Assembly (NCBI GenBank): GCA_016930515.1
Contig: JAFGGO010000002.1
Location: forward strand, 1-12,699
Reading direction: 5' to 3'
Source of the DNA: Promethearchaeota archaeon
Lineage (GTDB): Archaea; Asgardarchaeota; Lokiarchaeia; Sigyniarchaeales; SOKP01
Length of the DNA: 12,699 bases
Below the pieces are notes generated by a model. It did not search any database. It was not told the origin of the DNA and worked only from the letters and a program-made list of their open reading frames with translations. A program made the translations under genes and the position numbers. Positions 8,175-12,699 of the stretch are shown piece after piece; the stretch's first letter is position 1; the number at the start of each line of letters is the position of its first letter.

Positions 8175-8393
8175 ATGGAATTAAAAAAAAACGAGACCTT
8201 TCTCGATGCGTTGACCAAGCAAGTAGGAAAAATCGTTGATATTGTTCTAAAAAACGGCCAAATTATCAACTGCAAGGTAATATTAGCAGGTCAATTTTGC
8301 ACGCATGTTGAGAGATTAGACTCAAAAAGCTTTTACGATACTATCATCCGCAACGAGGATATAATCGCCATTGAAGTAAAAGTAAGATCATAA
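8175..8393 (+). CDS. Small Sm/Hfq-like (LSm-fold) protein of unknown function
   Basis: 72 aa with an N-terminal helix followed by L..QVGKIVDIVLKNGQIINCKV (Sm1-like) and IIRNEDIIAIE (Sm2-like). It has its own TATA box and GTGA RBS-like motif. Confidence 0.65.
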   Translation: MELKKNETFLDALTKQVGKIVDIVLKNGQIINCKVILAGQFCTHVERLDSKSFYDTIIRNEDIIAIEVKVRS

Positions 8394-8620
8394 AAGAATG
8401 GGTATTAGGAAACAATTCAATTCAATACTTATTTTTTCATTTTTCTAAACAACTGCTATAATTCTAAATTTCTACATTAAAAGGATTAAAATTACAAGAC
8501 TATCTTCCCTAAATATAATTTTAGCAAGACCAAAAATCAAATAATTAACGATAAAATTAATATGTAAAAAAAATATAAGATTTCATAATATTTTTCAAAC
8601 CTCATTATTGGTGAAAAAAA

Positions 8621-9424
8621 ACGAAATTTATAGATCTTTCTATCCCCATTATTAATCCAGAAGAGATGCTCTTCGATCCCCCCCTCACGAGACCAAAAAT
8701 CGAATATAATGACCATCACGAGGGGGGATTAGAAATGGCGGATGCGTTTCCAGAGTTGAATCCTGAAGTACACTTGCCGGACGGTTGTGGGTGGGCAACG
8801 GAAAAGATTACGCTTGGAACGCATAGCGGAACTCACATGGACGCACCATGGCATTTTGCACCCATTCAGGATAGGAGCATAGGCGAGCGTAAGGCCATGA
8901 CTATAGACGAGTTTCCCTTGGAGTGGGGCATTGGATCCCTCGTTGTCTTGGACTGTACTGATTTCGAGGAGGGCCATGTGCTCAGGCCAGAAGAGATTGA
9001 CGCAAAATTGGAAACCATTGGCCACAAATTAAGAGAAGGGGATGTCGTTTGCGTTCACACGAACGCTCAAAAACACGTCAAATCCAGAGAATATCTCATG
9101 TACGGCGTGGGAGTTGGGAAGGAAGCAACTTTACACTTAATAAGAAATGGCGTCCATGTCGTTGGTACAGACGCTTGGTCATGGGATGCTCCATTCTCCA
9201 TTACGGCCGATAAATGGATTAAATCAGTGGAAAACAATTGTCCGGATCCTTCAATCATTTGGGAAGGTCATTTCGCAGGGCGTGATCTTGGATACTTCCA
9301 ACTAGAGAAATTAACCAACTTGGATAAAGTCCCCGCAGTTGGAGCTACCATATATTGCTTTCCCGTGAAAATCGCACGGGCGGGAGCTGGTTGGGTTCGT
9401 GCAGTAGCCACGATACCTGAGTAG
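8621..9424 (+). CDS. Cyclase family metal-dependent hydrolase (kynurenine formamidase KynB-like)
   Basis: Signature HSGTHMDAPWHF, plus VGTDAWSWD, QLEKLTNL and FPVKI...GAGWVRAVA. The first ATG is at 8666, but the family-typical N-terminus KFIDLSIPI is in frame upstream, beginning at ACG 8621. Confidence 0.88.
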   Translation, partial: TKFIDLSIPIINPEEMLFDPPLTRPKIEYNDHHEGGLEMADAFPELNPEVHLPDGCGWATEKITLGTHSGTHMDAPWHFAPIQDRSIGERKAMTIDEFPLEWGIGSLVVLDCTDFEEGHVLRPEEIDAKLETIGHKLREGDVVCVHTNAQKHVKSREYLMYGVGVGKEATLHLIRNGVHVVGTDAWSWDAPFSITADKWIKSVENNCPDPSIIWEGHFAGRDLGYFQLEKLTNLDKVPAVGATIYCFPVKIARAGAGWVRAVATIPE

Positions 9425-9491
9425 TGATAAAAATTAAATTATCTGAGTTTCGATTAAATATTTAATACTAAACACTTTTTTTCCTTATATT

Positions 9492-10592
9492 ATGATAACC
9501 CCAAATAATAAAATAGCACTGATAACAGATAGGGAGTTCGAGCGAAAACACATTCCACCTTACCCCAGACCTTCTTTTTTTTCCAACGAACATCCCATTC
9601 GGATCAAAGTTGTATTAGATTACTTGGAACAGAAAGGATTTTTTCAAGACGAGCGTATTAGGATCGAAAAGCCAACTACGGTTTCCGAAAAAATCTTGAG
9701 ACTCTCGCATTCAAAGTATAATATTGAAACGATAAAGCGATTGTCTAATTTTGGACAAGGCATCATCGGTGAGGAAGTGTTTATCACCAAGACTACTTTT
9801 GACCTCGCAAAAAAGGCAATAGGAGGCGTTATAAAGGCAATAGATCTCGTCTTGAACGAGAAAGCCACACAGTCCTTTGCTTTAGTTCGACCTCCAGGAC
9901 ACCACGCCACGAAAGAAAAATCGTCTGGATTGTGCATTTTTAACAACATCGCAACTGCCATCCTATATTTTCGAAAAGAATTTGGATACGAGAAGAAAAT
10001 TGCGATAATAGATATTGACGACCATTTTGGTGACGGAATTGCCCAATATTTTTACGAAGATCCGAGCGTTCTTTATTGCTCCATTCACGAGTTCGATTTT
10101 GAAGAGGGAGATATTGGTTTTATTAGTGAATTTGGTGATGGTGAAGGTCTGGGAACAAATATTAATTTTCCTGTTCCAATGGGAATAACCGATGGTGATT
10201 TTGTTGAGTTTACATCTTTGATAGAACCAATCTTGAAGCAGTTTCGTCCGGATCTCGTGATAGTTGCGGCAGGTTTTGACATGTATTGGAGCGATCCCGT
10301 GGGAAATTGCTTACTAACGAGCAAGACTTATTACGATTTTACAACCTGGATCTTGAAATTAGCTCGTGATGCATGCGATGGAAAGATTGTATTCGTTTTG
10401 GAGGGCGGATATAGCTTGACAGGCCTTCCTATCTGCGTTTTTTCCGTGCTGAGGGCTTTGTTGGGCGAAAAGTACGAACATCCCGAATCGGAATTCGTTG
10501 ATTTTTCTATGTTATCAAAAAGAGAGGAAGTTGACAAGATTAAGAATGTCTTACAGCGCGAATTAAGCAGATTCTGGTTCTTGAAATATTAA
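9492..10592 (+). CDS. Zn-dependent histone deacetylase-family protein (class II-like HDAC/acetylpolyamine amidohydrolase superfamily)
   Basis: E.P.R near the N-terminus, RPPGHHA, GLCIFNN, IDIDDHFGDG, SIH, G.G.G.G...N.P, AGFD....DP and LEGGY. The Zn ligands and catalytic His-His/Tyr appear intact. Confidence 0.93.
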   Translation: MITPNNKIALITDREFERKHIPPYPRPSFFSNEHPIRIKVVLDYLEQKGFFQDERIRIEKPTTVSEKILRLSHSKYNIETIKRLSNFGQGIIGEEVFITKTTFDLAKKAIGGVIKAIDLVLNEKATQSFALVRPPGHHATKEKSSGLCIFNNIATAILYFRKEFGYEKKIAIIDIDDHFGDGIAQYFYEDPSVLYCSIHEFDFEEGDIGFISEFGDGEGLGTNINFPVPMGITDGDFVEFTSLIEPILKQFRPDLVIVAAGFDMYWSDPVGNCLLTSKTYYDFTTWILKLARDACDGKIVFVLEGGYSLTGLPICVFSVLRALLGEKYEHPESEFVDFSMLSKREEVDKIKNVLQRELSRFWFLKY

Positions 10593-10600
10593 AGTTAAAG

Positions 10601-10625
10601 AAAAGAAATTAAAAACGGAAAAAAT
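10601..10625 (-). terminator. T-rich terminator candidate for profilin
   Basis: An A-rich tract on + (T-rich on -) lies in the 48 bp gap between the convergent HDAC and profilin genes. Confidence 0.4.
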
Positions 10626-10640
10626 TTCGATTTGAAATAT

Positions 10641-11042
10641 TTATACTAGCGGCGCAAGTTTCAAGGCGTAAGTCTGGACATTTAAAAGGGCGTCTCGAGG
10701 ACCTGCCGCCGGATTAATGTAACATATTAGGGCTCCCGTTCCTCCTATGGGTATGGGGGCTATTATCACGTGTCCTTTACCGGTGACGTTTGTTCCTATC
10801 TTTCTCTCCTCCGTATTCTCGACGATCATGTACTTAATTCCTTGTAACGAGATGCTCGTAATTCCCTTTTGCCCGAGTTCTAATTTAAGATTAAGCAACT
10901 CGTTAATGGCTTGCAAGTCCCCTGAAAGATCCCAGTTCTCTGTCTGCGTGATTAATGATCCGTTCTTTCCAACGATCGCCACTCCAAGCACATTTTCTTC
11001 CGCGTTTAGCAGGTCGTCTATGATATTTTCAATATCTGTCAT
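10641..11042 (-). CDS. Asgard (Loki-type) profilin
   Basis: IIDDLLN.EEN..G.AI.GK.G..ITQTENW, QGIKYMIVENTEERKIGTN.TGKGHV, PIPIGG.GALI.Y.NP.AGPRD.L.NVQ.YA closely match my recollection of characterised Lokiarchaeal profilins. An alternative ATG lies at 11057. Confidence 0.9.
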   Translation of the reverse strand: MTDIENIIDDLLNAEENVLGVAIVGKNGSLITQTENWDLSGDLQAINELLNLKLELGQKGITSISLQGIKYMIVENTEERKIGTNVTGKGHVIIAPIPIGGTGALICYINPAAGPRDALLNVQTYALKLAPLV

Positions 11043-11057
11043 TTTAATCCCAAACAT

Positions 11058-11134
11058 TTTATTAGTTTATTACCATTTATATAACACCAAACAAATTTAA
11101 ATAATAACATTTAAAAAATTCTAGTGTTTCAAAC
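11058..11134. promoter_or_regulatory. Compact divergent promoter region (profilin / ABC transporter)
   Basis: 77 bp AT-rich spacer with TTATATAA on the minus strand (11084-11077) and TTTAAATA (11096-11103) / TTTAAAAA (11110-11117) on plus. Confidence 0.5.
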
Positions 11135-11689
11135 ATGGTCATGCGATTATGGAAAAAAGCTTGGAAAATGAGCACGAGAGACAAGAAGACGTTTACCGTG
11201 TTCGCCTTGCTTTACACGTTTTTAACGTTCACGACAAGTTTCATGCTGGATTACGTGATTACATCGCCCGATCCGCTCAGATCAGCCTTTTTTTACCCAT
11301 TAGTTATTATCATCGTGGCATCCTTGGTCCTCACCCTGCTTTACGCGTGGTTGACTGTACGAAGGAACAGAAAGGTTTGGGCAACACTCAAGTGCATTGG
11401 GTGGCGTAGCAGCGAGATCAGCTGGCTGATATTGGGTTATATCTTTTACACGACTATCATGGGACTGTTCATCACGGTGGAATTCTGCCTTCACTGGGTC
11501 GCCATCACGGGATACATCCACTCGGCGTTTCCAGACCTAATTACCGAAGTCGAACCCTTGGTATCCCTTCAAGCAGTTGGCTTGACGGTTGCCATCTTTA
11601 TTGCGGTTCAATTCGTGGGATACATTGCGGCACGAGGTAGAATAACCAAGGTCAGGCCAATGTTAGCACTGAAACGAGTAGGGGAATGA
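11135..11689 (+). CDS. FtsX/MacB/LolE-like ABC transporter permease, minimal 4-TM form
   Basis: Basic amphipathic N-terminal helix and four hydrophobic segments. VRRNRKVWATLKCIGW...I matches the FtsX-domain R.REIA.LKA.G motif, and the C-terminus is AAR..ITKVRP..ALK. It lies directly upstream of a LolD-type ATPase. Confidence 0.8.
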   Translation: MVMRLWKKAWKMSTRDKKTFTVFALLYTFLTFTTSFMLDYVITSPDPLRSAFFYPLVIIIVASLVLTLLYAWLTVRRNRKVWATLKCIGWRSSEISWLILGYIFYTTIMGLFITVEFCLHWVAITGYIHSAFPDLITEVEPLVSLQAVGLTVAIFIAVQFVGYIAARGRITKVRPMLALKRVGE

Positions 11690-11702
11690 GGAGGTGAAGT
11701 AA

Positions 11703-12395
11703 ATGCCAGTAGATAGAGATACCATGATAGAAGTCACGGACGTGAACAAGGAATATCGCCGTGCAGGTGCCATCATTCACGCTCTCGTCGACGTGAACCT
11801 CACGATAAAATCAGGAGACTTTGTCATGATTCAAGGTCCGACGGGATGTGGTAAATCCACTTTACTCAATGTAATGAGCGGATTGGACCTTCCAGACAGC
11901 GGCAGGATTATATTTGACGGAGAGAACATCGCTCGCGCCAAGGAAGACCGCCTGTCCAAGTTAAGGCGTCAAAAAGTTGGATTCGTCTTCCAAGACTATA
12001 ACTTGATCAACACCTTGACCGCCATGGAAAACATCGAAGCCTTGCTTTGGCCAACCGTGCTCAGTTCTCGGGAGATCGAGAATCGTGCCATTGCCGCCCT
12101 TAGAGATGTGGGGATGCTCGAAAGGAAGGATCACTTTCCCGTGGAAATGTCGGGAGGTGAGAAGCAGCGAGTTGCGCTCGCCAGGGCAATCGTGAGCAAG
12201 CCACGAGTGATCTTTGGAGACGAGGTCACGGGCAACCTCGACCCGGAAAGCGAGACTATGATAATGACCCTGCTCAAGAAGATCAACGAAGAATACGAAA
12301 CGACCATGGTCATCGTCACGCACCGCGAGAACGTGGCAAAATTCGGCAACGTTCAGGTGAAGATGAACAAGGGCAAGATAGTCAGCGTGAAATAA
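11703..12395 (+). CDS. ABC transporter ATP-binding protein (LolD/MacB/FtsE family)
   Basis: Walker A GPTGCGKST, Q-loop GFVFQDYNL, signature MSGGEKQRVALARA, Walker B/D-loop IFGDEVTGNLD and H-loop VTH. A strong RBS (GGAGGTGA) precedes the start. Confidence 0.95.
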   Translation: MPVDRDTMIEVTDVNKEYRRAGAIIHALVDVNLTIKSGDFVMIQGPTGCGKSTLLNVMSGLDLPDSGRIIFDGENIARAKEDRLSKLRRQKVGFVFQDYNLINTLTAMENIEALLWPTVLSSREIENRAIAALRDVGMLERKDHFPVEMSGGEKQRVALARAIVSKPRVIFGDEVTGNLDPESETMIMTLLKKINEEYETTMVIVTHRENVAKFGNVQVKMNKGKIVSVK

Positions 12396-12409
12396 ACGAA
12401 TCTAAGTCA

Positions 12410-12431
12410 TTTTTTACTCTTTTTTTATTTT
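12410..12431 (+). terminator. Oligo-T terminator candidate after the ABC operon
   Basis: Several T runs (T6, T7, T5) start about 15 nt after the stop codon. Confidence 0.5.
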
Positions 12432-12570
12432 CAAATTAAGACAAAACACATTTTTCGTGTCGAAAGTTACTTCAGGAAGGGGACTATTTCCAAAAGGTTC
12501 ACTTTTCTACCAAGCGATTTTATAAAGTTCCGTGCATTTCAGTCTTCGTGGATAAAAATACTATTAAAAA

Positions 12571-12699
12571 ATGACGCCTAAAAACGGGTTCAAAGTCAAC
12601 GACTACATCACGCTCAAGCTGGAAGGAAGGAAAACCAATATTTACGTGGGAGGCAAGGAGTTCATGCAATGCAAGTACCTTGCTTTTAACATTCCAATA
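12571..12699 (+). CDS. Partial CDS (5' end): Lokiarchaeal N-terminal domain commonly found on LRR-family proteins
   Basis: Not in the ORF track. It reads MTPKNGFKVNDYITLKLEGRKTNIYVGGKEFMQCKYLAFNIPI and stays open to the window edge. I recall the F.VN.YITLKLE..KTNIYV....F.QCK.L..NIP pattern from an expanded Lokiarchaeal family. Confidence 0.75.
   Translation, partial: MTPKNGFKVNDYITLKLEGRKTNIYVGGKEFMQCKYLAFNIPI

Noticed and set aside
6151-9424. Thoeris-like operon of TIR + Sm-like + cyclase genes
   Set aside because: There is no SIR2/SLOG or Macro effector. The genes are separated by ~200 bp AT-rich gaps with T tracts, and the Sm-like gene has its own promoter, so co-transcription is unsupported.

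Overview
This AT-rich prokaryotic window most likely comes from an Asgard archaeon (Lokiarchaeia/Promethearchaeia). The assignment rests on a Loki-type profilin, Loki-style LRR proteins, archaeal TATA boxes, GTGA-type ribosome-binding sites and oligo-T terminators. Gene order: a ~650 bp non-coding stretch; a PLP-dependent alpha-oxoamine synthase with serine palmitoyltransferase (SPT)-type motifs; a disrupted membrane-protein gene; a GH13 alpha-amylase-family enzyme; a possible gene remnant; a tandem-SIS (double HxlB/PHI-like) sugar-phosphate isomerase; a soluble 609 aa LRR-LRR-TIR-coiled-coil protein; a small Sm/Hfq-like protein; a cyclase/KynB-family hydrolase with an apparently non-ATG start; a Zn-dependent HDAC-family deacetylase; profilin on the minus strand; a minimal FtsX/MacB-type permease with a LolD-type ATPase; and the first 43 codons of a probable Loki LRR-family gene. 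The leading candidates for new biology are the TLR/NLR-like LRR-TIR protein, which keeps the putative NADase glutamate, and the SPT-like enzyme in an archaeon. I saw no rRNA, tRNA, CRISPR array or transposase. All family calls come from reading motifs; no database searches were run.
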